Shown here piece by piece: positions 1 to 10,062 of a DNA stretch of 53,736 nt. The notes below the pieces were generated by a model. It saw only the letters and a program-made list of their open reading frames with translations. It was not told the DNA's origin and searched no databases. Positions within the stretch are counted from its first letter, which is position 1. Each line of letters opens with the position of its first letter. The DNA is from an uncultured Syntrophaceae bacterium (GTDB lineage Bacteria > Desulfobacterota > BSN033 > UBA1163). Position numbers and translations under genes: made by a program. Location of the stretch: assembly GCA_964517975.1 (NCBI GenBank), contig CAZFDM010000301.1, positions 1 to 53,736 of the forward strand. Reading direction: 5' to 3'.

Positions 1-2
1 CG

Positions 3-191
3 ATCCTGGAGAAGACCAATGTCAATGGAGGAGCCATTGCCATTGGTCATCCTGTAGGGGCAAGTGGTGGAAGGATCCTGATGACACTGATCTATGAGTT
101 GAGAAGAAGGGGAGGAGGGTTGGGTATTGCATCCATCTGCGGAGGTTTAGCCCAGGGGGAGGGGGCGATCGTTAAGGTGGAGGGGGTGTAG
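3..191 (+). CDS. Acetyl-CoA C-acyltransferase (thiolase), 3' end only
   Basis: Frame 3 reads ...[21 protein letters not shown]...SICGGLAQG..., the thiolase C-terminal signatures; TAG at 189-191. Confidence 0.92.
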   Translation: MLEKTNVNGGAIAIGHPVGASGGRILMTLIYELRRRGGGLGIASICGGLAQGEGAIVKVEGV

Positions 192-207
192 ATAGAAAAG
201 AAGATGC

Positions 208-1089
208 TTAGGGAGAAGGGGAGAGGGTAACCCCTTTTTGGGTAAGTAGTTTTTTAGGACTGATGATCAGACGATCAAGCCCTATCTTTTTAAAATCCAG
301 CCCTTGAGCGAGCCCTATGAGTTGGCTGAGATAGAGGATGGGGATCTCATAAGAGGTTCCATATTTTTTATTTATGTCTCTTTGTCGGGTATCGAGGTTG
401 GATTGACAGAGGGGACAAACCACTACAATACAATCAGCCCCTTTATCCAAGGCAGATTCCAGTATCGAACGGGTTAATCTTAAGGCAATCTCTGTCCTGG
501 TTAATGAGAGACTTGCCCCGCAACATTCAGTCTTATGTGACCAGGGAATGGTCTCTCCTTCAAAAGCCTCCAGGATCTCATCCATCAGAACAGGATTTTC
601 AATATCATCAATATCCACTCCAGGAAGCCTGGTGAGGCATCCATAATAACTTGCTATCCTCAAGCCCTTTAAAGAGATCTTCATACTAGACTTCAATCGT
701 TCAAAGCCAACATCTTTTTTAAGAAAGTCGAGGAGGTGTTTTGAAGTCACCTTCTTCTGATACTCTCCTCCAACAAGATTTTGGAGACGTTCTAAAAGGT
801 GAGAATCTTTAACTACCTCTTCATGGACATGTTTTAGATGGCTATAACAGGCGGGGCAGGGTGAGAGGATCTGATCCAGACCGCTTTCTTCTGCCTTTAG
901 AAGATTTCGATAGGGAAGGGCCATTGCCAACTCTTCGTTGAGATAGTGTGCAGCACTGGCTCCACAACAACTCCAGTCCGGTATCTCTTTCAATGAGATT
1001 TCCAACTCTTTGAAGATCGCTTGAATTGAGAGGTCAAATTCCTTGGCACTGCTCTCGAGCGAACACCCAGGGTAATATCCTATTTGCAT
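208..1089 (-). CDS. hdrB: Heterodisulfide reductase subunit B
   Basis: YYPGCSL, two CCG domains (WSCCGA, ECCGAS), CPACY and CPLCQ; adjacent to hdrC/hdrA. Confidence 0.93.
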   Translation of the reverse strand: MQIGYYPGCSLESSAKEFDLSIQAIFKELEISLKEIPDWSCCGASAAHYLNEELAMALPYRNLLKAEESGLDQILSPCPACYSHLKHVHEEVVKDSHLLERLQNLVGGEYQKKVTSKHLLDFLKKDVGFERLKSSMKISLKGLRIASYYGCLTRLPGVDIDDIENPVLMDEILEAFEGETIPWSHKTECCGASLSLTRTEIALRLTRSILESALDKGADCIVVVCPLCQSNLDTRQRDINKKYGTSYEIPILYLSQLIGLAQGLDFKKIGLDRLIISPKKLLTQKGVTLSPSP

Positions 1090-1092
1090 CGA

Positions 1093-1656
1093 TCACTCCA
1101 ACGATCTAAGAAAACGTTTGCTTTCTTTAAAGATTCTCTTGATCTGATCCAATCCCTTGATCTTATGCCCCAAGAAACTCAACTTTCCCCTTGATAGCAT
1201 CAAAGGACCAAGATGGGCATCTTTAAAGGGTTGGAAGGTGGTCAGGTTATAACGCATCACCAGTTCCAGTTCATGGACACGTCCTCTCTTTTGGATGGAA
1301 TCCAGAAAGAGATTATCAAACTTCACTACCCTTTCCTCTCCAGAGGGCGCTTGAGATTCTAAAGATAATTTTCTCAGAGAGTCCATGATCTTGGCAATCT
1401 CAATTTCTTCCGGACAGCGGACAGAACAGGTCTGACAAGAAGCGCAGATCCATATAGTTTTGCATTTTAGAAGAGGTTCTGGGTCGTTGATCTGAATGAA
1501 GCGAAGCACTTGATTGGGCTGGATGTCCATCTCTGGAGAGACAGGACATCCTGCAGTGCATTTTCCGCATTGAATACATTTTGAAGCATCTTCTCCACTA
1601 ATGGATATAATTTGATTTCTAAATTGATGGATATCTTTACTAATCAGATAACTCAA
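1093..1656 (-). CDS. hdrC: Heterodisulfide reductase subunit C
   Basis: CIQCGKCTAGCP and WICASCQTCSVRCP; TTG start preceded by AGGAG. Confidence 0.92.
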   Translation of the reverse strand: MSYLISKDIHQFRNQIISISGEDASKCIQCGKCTAGCPVSPEMDIQPNQVLRFIQINDPEPLLKCKTIWICASCQTCSVRCPEEIEIAKIMDSLRKLSLESQAPSGEERVVKFDNLFLDSIQKRGRVHELELVMRYNLTTFQPFKDAHLGPLMLSRGKLSFLGHKIKGLDQIKRIFKESKRFLRSLE

Positions 1657-3631
1657 TCAGTCTCTCCTTTCTCATCACTTCAAATATAGAAGCTACTTGG
1701 GCATAGATTTGGTCATCTGTAAATCCCTCTACATTGGCCGCCTTTGTTCGGCAAGTGGCTGCACAATTTCCACATCCATGGCAAAGAGTTGGAATGACTT
1801 GAGCCACAACTTTTCCATTGACTTCGGTCTTTTCAATAGCATCAAAAGGACAAACCTCAAGACAATTAAGACAACCACTACAGACATCCGGGTTTATCGA
1901 GGCAATTTTTGGATCAAGAATGAGTTCATCTTTCGAAAGGATCTCACATGCCCTAATAGAAGCAGCTCCAGTTGTTGCCACTGAATCAGGAATATCTTTT
2001 GGGAATTGACATGAGCCTGTAAGGAAAATCCCTTTAGTTACACTTTCCACAGGTTGAAGCTTAGGATGGGCCTCTGTATAAAAACCATACTGGTCATGAG
2101 GGATATTCAATATCTTTGCAAGTTCCTTTGCATCGGGCTGAGGAACAACGGCAGTAGCTAAAACAACAAGATCTGCTTCAATTTCAACCTGTTTTCCCAC
2201 AAGGGTATCCACCCCTCGCACGATTAGCTTATCCCCTTTCTCATAAATTTTTGACACTCTTCCGCGAATATAAATAGCCCCATACTCTCTTTGTGCCCTC
2301 TTGATAAATTCCTCATAATTTTTTCCGCCAGCACGAATATCTATATAAAAAATGTAGGACTGAGTGTCTGGAAAATGGTCTTTCAGAAGAATGGCTTGTT
2401 TCGCAGTATACATGCAGCAGATTCTCGAACAATAGGGATGCCCTTTCTGTTCGTCCCTTGAGCCCACGCATTGGATAAAAACAATATTTTTGGGCTCTCG
2501 ATGATCTGAAGGACGAATCACATGTCCTCCCGTAGGTCCTGAGGTATCGAGCATTCTTTCAAGATGCAACCCTGTGATCACGTCCTTAAACCTTCCTCCT
2601 CCATATTCCCCATATATACTTGGATCAAATTGGGTAAACCCAGTGGCCACAATAATAGCTCCAAACTTCTTTTTAATAAATTCTTCCTCCTCTTCATAAT
2701 TGATGGCTTGAGCAGGGCATAGTTTCTGACAAACTTTACATTTCCCAGTAGTAAAAAAACGACAATTTTCCTTATCGATTACAGGCACATTTGGGACTGC
2801 TTGGCCAAAGGGTTTATAAATTGCTTTTCGCATCCCTAAACCAAGATCCCACTCACTTGGAACCTTAGTGGGACATTTTTCTATACAAATGCCACATCCC
2901 GTGCATTTGGTAAGATCGACATAACGAGGTTTTTTGCGAATCGTCACATCAAAGTTTCCAACAAAACCTTTAACATCAATAACTTCTGAATAAGTCATCA
3001 ATTCTATATTTTCATCTCTGGATGACTCCGTCATCCTTGGAGTTAGTATTCAGGCAGAACAATCAAGTGTGGGAAATGTCTTCTCAAGCTGTGCCATTCG
3101 ACCGCCGATCGAAGGAAGCCTCTCGACAAGTGTAACCTTATATCCTGCGAGGCTTATATCAATAGCTGCCTGGATTCCAGAGATCCCTCCTCCAATCACA
3201 AGGGCTCTTTTTTCCACAGGTGATTTAAAAGGTTCGAGGGGAGACAAATTAACTGCCTTTGCCACGGCCATCTCGGTCAAATGAATCGCTTTTTGCGTAG
3301 CCTCCTCCTTATCCACGGTCACCCACGAGACCTGCTCCCTGATATTGGCCATCTCAAAGAGATATCGGTTTAAACCTGCCCCTTCAATGCACTTCTGGAA
3401 GGTAGTCTCATGCATTCGAGGCGAACAAGAGGATACAACTACACGGTCAAGATTATGAGTTTTAATAGCCTCTCTGATCGATCCCTGGCCGAGGTCAGAA
3501 CAGCTATATTGGAGATCTGTAGCAAAGACCACTCCGTGTAATTTTTTTACTGCCTCCACCACTGCCTTCACGTCAACCACGGACGCGATGTTTGTTCCTC
3601 AGTGGCAAACAAAAACCCCAATTCTTGGCAT
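1640..3631 (-). CDS. hdrA: Heterodisulfide reductase subunit A, selenoprotein (U11, U194), 663 aa
   Basis: ATG at 3631 overlaps the fdhA stop; reads MPRIGVFVCH-UGA(3601-3599)-GTNIA...KTFPTLDCSA-UGA(3052-3050)-ILTPRM, joining ORFs 3050..3580 and 1640..3034 in one frame; GGGISG FAD motif, CSRICC, ferredoxin motifs. Confidence 0.92.
3020..3036 (-). promoter_or_regulatory. SECIS-like hairpin after hdrA U194
   Basis: GGATGAC-GGA-GTCATCC, a perfect 7-bp stem starting 13 nt after the UGA. Confidence 0.75.
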
Positions 3632-5685
3632 TAAGTATTCACCTCTCCTATTTTTTCTACTCGAACTGCCCCTACTTTTAACTCTGGAATCTTAGCAATT
3701 GGATCTAAGGCTGTATGGGTTAAAACGTTTGCTGCACTCTCTACAAAATGGAAAGGAATAAAGAGAACCCCTTGACTCACATTAAAGGTCAATCTGGCCT
3801 TAATCTCTATTTCTCCTCTCCGAGAGACCACCTTTACTTTCTCTCCTTCCTCAATCTTAAGTTGAAGGGCATCAAAGGGATTAATTTCGATATAGGCTTC
3901 CTCTGCTTCTTTTTGAAGAGATGGGGAGACTCCAGTCATTGTCCGTGTATGGTAGTGGAAACCAATTCTCCCTGTGGTAAGCCAAAAAGGAAACTCCTCA
4001 CTGACCTTCTCGGCCGGCTCCCTATACGGAATCGCGAAGAACGTCCCTTTCCCTTTTGAAAATTGATCTTGATGAAGAAATGTCGTTCCAGGGTCTTCTA
4101 AGGAACGACAGGGCCATTGGATTCCCTCCTCCTCAATTCTTTCATAAGTTATTCCCTGATAGATAGGGGTTAATCGAGTCATCTCTCGAAAGATTTCTTC
4201 TTCAGAAGCGTAATCAAAAAGATTGCTTCCCATCCTTTTCGCAATAGCAGCGATAATCTGATGATCTGGCTTTGCATCTCCTATGGGTACTATGGCTTTT
4301 CTGACCCTTTGAACCCTACGGTCCGTAGCCGTAAAAGTTCCCTCTTTCTCCGCAAAACTCACTCCAGGCAGAACAATATGGGCGAGCCTTGCTGTCTCGG
4401 TCAAAAAAATATCTTGAACCACTAAGAGTTCCAATTTCTTCAAAGCCTCCTCGACGTGATGGAGATCTGGATCACTTACCATTGGATTCTCACCCATGAT
4501 ATAAAGGGCTTTTAATTTCCCTTCCTCTATTCCCTGAAACATCTCTATGATAGTAAGTCCAGGTTTTCTCGAAAGGGAAGCCCTCCAGGCCTCTTCAAAC
4601 TTCTTTGCTATATTTTCATCCGAAACAGATTGATATCCCGTGTAAACATTAGGTAGTCCGCCCATATCACAGGCACCCTGGACATTATTTTGACCTCTTA
4701 AGGGATTTACCCCTGTTGAAAGCCTTCCAATATTTCCTGTCATCATCGCCAGGTTTGCCAGAGAGAGAACATTTTCGGTCCCTGTAATATGTTGAGTAAT
4801 CCCCATAGCGTAGACAATAGATCCTCTCTTTGCTTTGGCATATGCTTCAGCGATTGCTCTCAAATCCGATTTTGAAATCCCTGTAATCTCTTCTACTTTC
4901 TCTGGAGGATAATTTTCGAGCTCTTTTTTAAACTCTTCAAATCCTTCTGTCCTCTCTTTAATAAATTCCTTATTTTCCCATCCCTCTTTTAGAATGATAT
5001 GCATCAGACCATTGATCCAAGCAACATCCGTTCCTAACCTCTGTCTGACAAAGATATCCGAAAAGCGAGCGATTTGAGTTCTTCTGGGATCGATGACGAT
5101 GAGTTTAGCTCCCTTCTCCTTCGCTTTTAAAATACGTCTTGCAATGAGGGGATGAGCCTCTGTGGTATTGGAACCCGTAACAAGGATACAGTCAGAATCC
5201 TCTAATTCAGGTGTGGAATTGGTCATTGCTCCACTCCCAAATGATTTGGCTAGACCAGCCACAGTGGAAGAATGTCAGAGACGGGCACAATGATCCACAT
5301 TATTCGTTCCAATAACGGCCCTCACCCATTTTTGAAAAATATAGTTTTCTTCATTGGTACATCGAGCCGAAGTTAACCCTCCTATGCTATCTGGCCCATA
5401 CTCTTCTTTAATCTTTAGAATCCTCTTTGCCACTTCTTCAATGGCCTCTTCCCATGAGACTTCCTGAAATAAACCATTCTTCTTCATTAAGGGTTTTTTT
5501 AAACGGCCCTGATCATAAATAAATTGATGTGCATTCCATCCTTTAATACACAGACCACCCTCATTTATGATGTGGTCTTTTTGTGGAAGGACCCCTACAA
5601 TTTGACCATCCAATACCTCTAATAAAAGACCACAACCACATCCACAGTATGTGCAAGTAGTTAAAACGGTTTTATAAGTTAACAT
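3631..5685 (-). CDS. fdhA: Formate dehydrogenase alpha subunit, selenoprotein (U137), 684 aa
   Basis: CTYCGCGC...C Fe-S motif; DHCARL-UGA(5277-5275)-HSSTVAGL joins ORFs 5275..5685 and 3631..5262 in frame; RGQNNVQG motif. Confidence 0.94.
5247..5261 (-). promoter_or_regulatory. SECIS-like hairpin after fdhA U137
   Basis: TGGCT-GGTCT-AGCCA, same position and GGTCT apex as the E. coli fdhF SECIS. Confidence 0.8.
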
Positions 5686-5702
5686 AATCTCATCCCTAAA
5701 TT

Positions 5703-6512
5703 TTACTTTCCTGATTCAGATAGTTTATAACTCCCATCCCCTAAAAATTCTAATGGACCTCTCTCTTCTTCTTTTTCTCCTGGAATATAGCCAAAAAGGT
5801 CTCTTACTGTTTTCTTCACCTTTCGATAAAGTCTTCTCAGGGGGATTTCCATTGGACAGACTTCCTCACAAAGTCCACAATCGATACATCTGTCAGCCAT
5901 ATGAAAGGCTTTATGGAGATGAAAAATAGGAATTTCAGGAGGCATGCCCCCGGGTTTGATGAGGGAGCTATCTTCGAGAGTGCATGTAGGACAGAAACAC
6001 GCTGGGCATATATTTCGACATCCATAACATTTAATGCATTTGCCAAATTGGGACATCCAATAATGGAAGCGTTCCTCTTCAGAAAGGGTCTCTATCTCTT
6101 TGAGATCTGAGAAATCCTCTACAGGGTGGGCAATCCTTTCAGATTCTTCCAAATGGGTTGGAAAAGGCTTTTCACACCGACATCTATTGGCTAACTCTTG
6201 GCTACAGGGAATCCCAATAGGAATGACCTTCTCCCTTTGAAGTTGAAAATTTTTGAAAAGTTCAATAAGTGACCGTTCTTCACATCCACGAACCACAATC
6301 CCGAAAATTTGATCCGGATATCTTTTCGCAATCTTAATTAATATCTTTGTAAGTGGGTAACGAGTCTCTTCATTTGAAACCCATTCACCTATTTCTTCTG
6401 AGTTAGTGAAAAGAAAAGGAATGGGATGACCATGAAGCTTTCTCAGTCCCAATATCCCTGAAACCAATTTATCTTCAAGCATTTTTATCATTTTTGCTTT
6501 TGTTTTTTCCAT
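5703..6512 (-). CDS. FdhB/Flx-like 4Fe-4S dicluster protein
   Basis: CIKCYGCRNICPACFCPTC and CIDCGLCEEVCP, resembling the methanogen FdhB C-terminus; lies between mvhD and fdhA. Confidence 0.75.
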   Translation of the reverse strand: MEKTKAKMIKMLEDKLVSGILGLRKLHGHPIPFLFTNSEEIGEWVSNEETRYPLTKILIKIAKRYPDQIFGIVVRGCEERSLIELFKNFQLQREKVIPIGIPCSQELANRCRCEKPFPTHLEESERIAHPVEDFSDLKEIETLSEEERFHYWMSQFGKCIKCYGCRNICPACFCPTCTLEDSSLIKPGGMPPEIPIFHLHKAFHMADRCIDCGLCEEVCPMEIPLRRLYRKVKKTVRDLFGYIPGEKEEERGPLEFLGDGSYKLSESGK

Positions 6513-6989
6513 TTACAAAACCCTTGAATCCATCTTTTTTTTGAATGGGAGAATCCATTGAGTGGGTGCTTTCAATCTTAACGGAGAGGGACCGAGTTGA
6601 CAAATTTCTTGAGAGAACTCACTTACTACTTGTGCAAGTTTACTCCCTTCAGAAGTTGCAATCCACTCCAATCTTAAACGTTTTGGTGAAAGCCCAATGA
6701 ATTGAATAAGTTCTTTCATCACTGCTACTCTTTTGGCTGTTATGAAATTTCCTTTTCCATAATGGCATTCCCCAATATGGCATCCCGCAACCAACACCCC
6801 ATCCGCTCCCTCTTGAAAGGCTTTGAGGATAAAATGAGGAGAAACGCGTCCACTACACATTACTCTAATAGGTAAGACATTGGGGGCATATTTTAACCTC
6901 ATCGACCCGGCGAGGTCAGCTCCTGCATAGGCTCACCAGTGGCAATAAAAAGCAATAATAATCGGATTAAATTTAGATTCCTCGTTCAT
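6513..6989 (-). CDS. mvhD: MvhD/FlpD hydrogenase iron-sulfur (delta) subunit, selenoprotein (U19), 158 aa
   Basis: ATG 6989: MNEESKFNPIIIAFYCHW-UGA(6935-6933)-AYAGADLAGSMRLKY..., then RVMCSGRV and GCHIGECHY. Confidence 0.92.
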
Positions 6990-7088
6990 CTTTTTTCTCT
7001 AAAACTTTGTGAATTTTTTAATTTGGATGTCTCATTCCTAAATCAAATATCATCTTTTGTCAAGGGGAAAATAAGCCGTATTTTCTTA

Positions 7089-7116
7089 TTGACAATAATC
7101 AATAGACTCCCATAAT
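7089..7116 (+). promoter_or_regulatory. Putative sigma70 promoter for the nfo fragment
   Basis: TTGACA-N16-CATAAT. Confidence 0.5.
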
Positions 7117-7157
7117 TAATTTTAACTTCTATTCTTATCTTATGGCAAGGGAGTTCG

Positions 7158-7673
7158 ATGCGGGTTGGGTTTCATATTTCTATTGCTGAAGAATTTTCTA
7201 AAGTAGTTGAACAGGCAGAGATTCGAGGCTGTGAGACTATTCAATTATTTTCAAGAAATCCACGGGGATGGAAGTCCCATCCAATGGATGAAAAGGAGGT
7301 TGCCTCCTTTCGCTCAAGAGTAAAAGAAAAGGGCTTTGATCCTGTCTTTCTTCATCTTCCATACCTTCCAAACATTGCTTCAAGGAATTCAAAATTTTAT
7401 AAACCCTCTATTGAGTCAATCATGACTGATCTCAAAAGGGCTGAAAACTTAGGGGCCCAATATTTAATAATCCATATAGGGCATCGCATGGAATCCTCTG
7501 AAGAGGAGGCCATTGATGCTGTGGTTCATGGTATCGAAAAGGCTTTCCAAAGGGTCAGAAATTCTGTAGTCCTCCTTTTAGAAAATACGGCAGGACAGGG
7601 AAGCAAAATCGGTTATCACTTTTCACAAATTAAAGCCATTGTTGATCGGCTGGAAGAGAAAGATATTCGGTAA
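7158..7673 (+). pseudogene. nfo: Truncated endonuclease IV paralog (N-terminal 171 aa)
   Basis: Aligns by eye with residues 1-170 of 9159..10004; lacks the DTAH, HLNDS and DRH metal ligands; stop codon lies inside a REP arm. Confidence 0.8.
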
Positions 7674-7693
7674 GCCACGAGGGCTTACCCTAC
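7669..7693 (-). repeat. GTAG-type REP palindrome
   Basis: Minus strand reads GTAG-GGTAAGCC-CTCGT-GGCTTACC. Confidence 0.65.
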
Positions 7694-7824
7694 GAATTTT
7701 CTTAGAACGATTGTTAACAAATTAAAATTATAAGGATTTTGAACCCTTCCGCCCGAAGGGGGTCAGCCTCTGGCTGAACCTCCCCAATCTTTCATGACTT
7801 TTTCAGAGGTCTTGTATTTGTAAG

Positions 7825-7853
7825 TTGACAAAATTAACAAAAATGTTAATAAT
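7825..7853 (+). promoter_or_regulatory. abiE promoter with embedded inverted repeat
   Basis: TTGACA(7825-7830)-N17-AATAAT; ATTAACA-AAAA-TGTTAAT at 7833-7850. Confidence 0.6.
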
Positions 7854-7861
7854 GTATTCTT

Positions 7862-8452
7862 ATGAAATACTCTGAACTTAGGAAATTAAGGGAAGTCGAT
7901 TATTTTACAACTGATGATGTAGCTGAATTGCTTAATATAAAGATATCATCCGCAACAGTTCTTTGTTGGAGGTATACTAAGAAGGGGTTATTCATAAGAC
8001 TAAAGAAAAATTTTTATGTTTTAAAAGAAAGATGGCAGAAAAATTCTAATCCTGATTTTTACAGAATTTCCAACATTCTTCAAGTTCCCTCTTATATATC
8101 TATGATGACTGCCCTTTCCTTTTATGAGGTAACTACCCAGGTTCAAAGGAATTTTTTTGAAGCTACAGGTATTAGGAAAACGGTTGAATATGATATAGAA
8201 GGTATATCTTTTAAATTCTATAAGATAAAAAGGACACTTTATTTTGACTTTTTAAAAAAGGATGATTTTTTTATTGCCACAAAAGAAAAGGCCTTTCTGG
8301 ATGCTATATATCTTTATTCTTTTGGTAAATATACTTTAGATTTTGACTCCATTGATTTAAAAAAAATTGACTTTGAAAGGCTTACAACCTTACTTCAAAA
8401 ATTTCCAGAAAAAACTGAAAAGATAGTTAAAAGAATATGCAAGATTTATTAA
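7862..8452 (+). CDS. AbiEi-family type IV antitoxin / wHTH regulator
   Basis: N-terminal wHTH-like segment, PSYISxxTALSFY and IATKEKAFLD motifs; overlaps the downstream nucleotidyltransferase; low GC. Confidence 0.75.
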   Translation: MKYSELRKLREVDYFTTDDVAELLNIKISSATVLCWRYTKKGLFIRLKKNFYVLKERWQKNSNPDFYRISNILQVPSYISMMTALSFYEVTTQVQRNFFEATGIRKTVEYDIEGISFKFYKIKRTLYFDFLKKDDFFIATKEKAFLDAIYLYSFGKYTLDFDSIDLKKIDFERLTTLLQKFPEKTEKIVKRICKIY

Positions 8453-9108
8453 AACAAGAGCGATTTGAGATAGAAGTTCTCGATCGATTGAGAAGTGGAA
8501 GGTTTCTTGAGAGTCTAATCTTTACAGGAGGCACAATGCTTAGGCTTTGCTATGGCCTAAACAGATTTTCTGTAGACCTCGATTTCTGGTTAAATAAAGA
8601 GATTAGGCTAGGGTCTTATTTTAAAAGATTAAAAGAATTCCTTTCAAAAAACTATAACGTAATAGATGCTGAAAATAAATTTTACACTTTAATTTTCGAA
8701 ATAAGATCAAAAGATTATCCGAGAAGTCTAAAGATAGAGATTAGAAAAAAACAAGGAAAATTTAAGACAGATATGACCATAGCATACAGTAAATATGCGA
8801 ATGTCCAGGTTCTTGTAAGAAGTTTATCACTTGATGAAGTGATGAAGACAAAAATTGAGGCCTTTCTGAGCAGAAAAGAGATAAGAGATGCTTTTGATAT
8901 TGAGTTTCTTTTGAAAAGAGGAGTTGAGATCAAAGCATTACCTGAGGAGATGAAAAAAATAATTAACACAATCGAATCATTAAGTAAAAGAGATTTCTCT
9001 GTAAAGCTCGGCTCAATTCTTGAGGCAGAAGAAAGAAAATATTTCATAAAGGAAAATTTCAAGATTCTTAAGATGAGGTTAAGGGAATTACTGGGAGAAG
9101 AAGTATAA
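8437..9108 (+). CDS. AbiEii/AbiGii nucleotidyltransferase toxin
   Basis: FTGGTMLRLCYGLNRFSVDLDF, K...R...RDAFD motifs. Confidence 0.85.
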   Translation: MQDLLKQERFEIEVLDRLRSGRFLESLIFTGGTMLRLCYGLNRFSVDLDFWLNKEIRLGSYFKRLKEFLSKNYNVIDAENKFYTLIFEIRSKDYPRSLKIEIRKKQGKFKTDMTIAYSKYANVQVLVRSLSLDEVMKTKIEAFLSRKEIRDAFDIEFLLKRGVEIKALPEEMKKIINTIESLSKRDFSVKLGSILEAEERKYFIKENFKILKMRLRELLGEEV

Positions 9109-9158
9109 TTATATAAAAATACCAATCAGTAGGGCAGGCATTATTAAAAGAGGGTGAA

Positions 9159-10004
9159 ATGAGATTTGGTTTTCATATTTCTATTTCTGATGGGTTCTCT
9201 AAGGTAATTGAGCAGGCGGAGGTGCGAGGGTGTGAAACAATTCAATTATTTTCAAGAAATCCAAGGGGATGGTCATATCATCCAATAGATGAAGAGGATG
9301 TAAAAGTCTTTCGTCAAGGATTAAAAGAAAAGGCTCTCTTCCCTGTATTTCTCCATTTACCATATCTCCCAAATATTGGGTCTTTTAAATCAAAATTTTA
9401 TAAGCGCTCTATCGAGGCAATCATAAATGATCTTGAAAGGACAGAAATTTTGGGTGCCCAATATCTTATTATTCATATAGGTCATAGGTTGGAATCGTCT
9501 GAAGAAGAAGGAATCGAAGCTGTTATAAATGGAATTAATCAGGCCCTTGAGCAGGTAAAAAATGATATTATCATTCTAATGGAAAATACTGCTGGACAAG
9601 GAACAGAGATTGGATATAGTTTTCAACAAATAAAAAAGATTATCGAAAAAATTGAAAATCAGAAAAGAATTGGAGTGTGTCTGGATACGGCCCATGCCTT
9701 TGAGGCAGGATATGATCTTTCAAACCGAGAGGGGATTGATAGCACATTGGAAAGCTTTGATCGACTCATTGGCCTCGATCGACTCCATCTCCTCCATCTG
9801 AATGACTCCAAGACTCCACTGGGTTCAAGAAAAGACCGACACTGGCATATTGGTGAAGGCTATATTGGGCTGGAAGGATTCCGAAGGATTGTTAATCATC
9901 CCCTCTTGAACCACCTGCCTGGAATCCTGGAGACCCCGAGAATGGATACGGTGGAAGATTTAAAAAACATGGAGGTGATAAGAAGTCTTGTTGAAGAGAA
10001 ATGA
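9159..10004 (+). CDS. nfo: Endonuclease IV
   Basis: HLPYLPN, ENTAGQG, CLDTAH, HLNDSK, DRHWHIG, ILETP. Confidence 0.95.
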   Translation: MRFGFHISISDGFSKVIEQAEVRGCETIQLFSRNPRGWSYHPIDEEDVKVFRQGLKEKALFPVFLHLPYLPNIGSFKSKFYKRSIEAIINDLERTEILGAQYLIIHIGHRLESSEEEGIEAVINGINQALEQVKNDIIILMENTAGQGTEIGYSFQQIKKIIEKIENQKRIGVCLDTAHAFEAGYDLSNREGIDSTLESFDRLIGLDRLHLLHLNDSKTPLGSRKDRHWHIGEGYIGLEGFRRIVNHPLLNHLPGILETPRMDTVEDLKNMEVIRSLVEEK

Positions 10005-10010
10005 TGAGAT

Positions 10011-10041
10011 CAAAAAGGCAGGGCCTTCGCCCTGCCCTTTG
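10011..10041. terminator. Probable intrinsic terminator between convergent nfo and nfnB
   Basis: AAAAA-GGCAGGGC-CTTC-GCCCTGCC-CTTT. Confidence 0.75.
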
Positions 10042-10062
10042 CCTAATCTCTGATTCAAAACA

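Noticed and set aside
3050-5277. hdrA and fdhA as split pseudogenes
   Set aside because: Breaks are in-frame UGA at conserved Cys/Sec positions followed by SECIS-like hairpins
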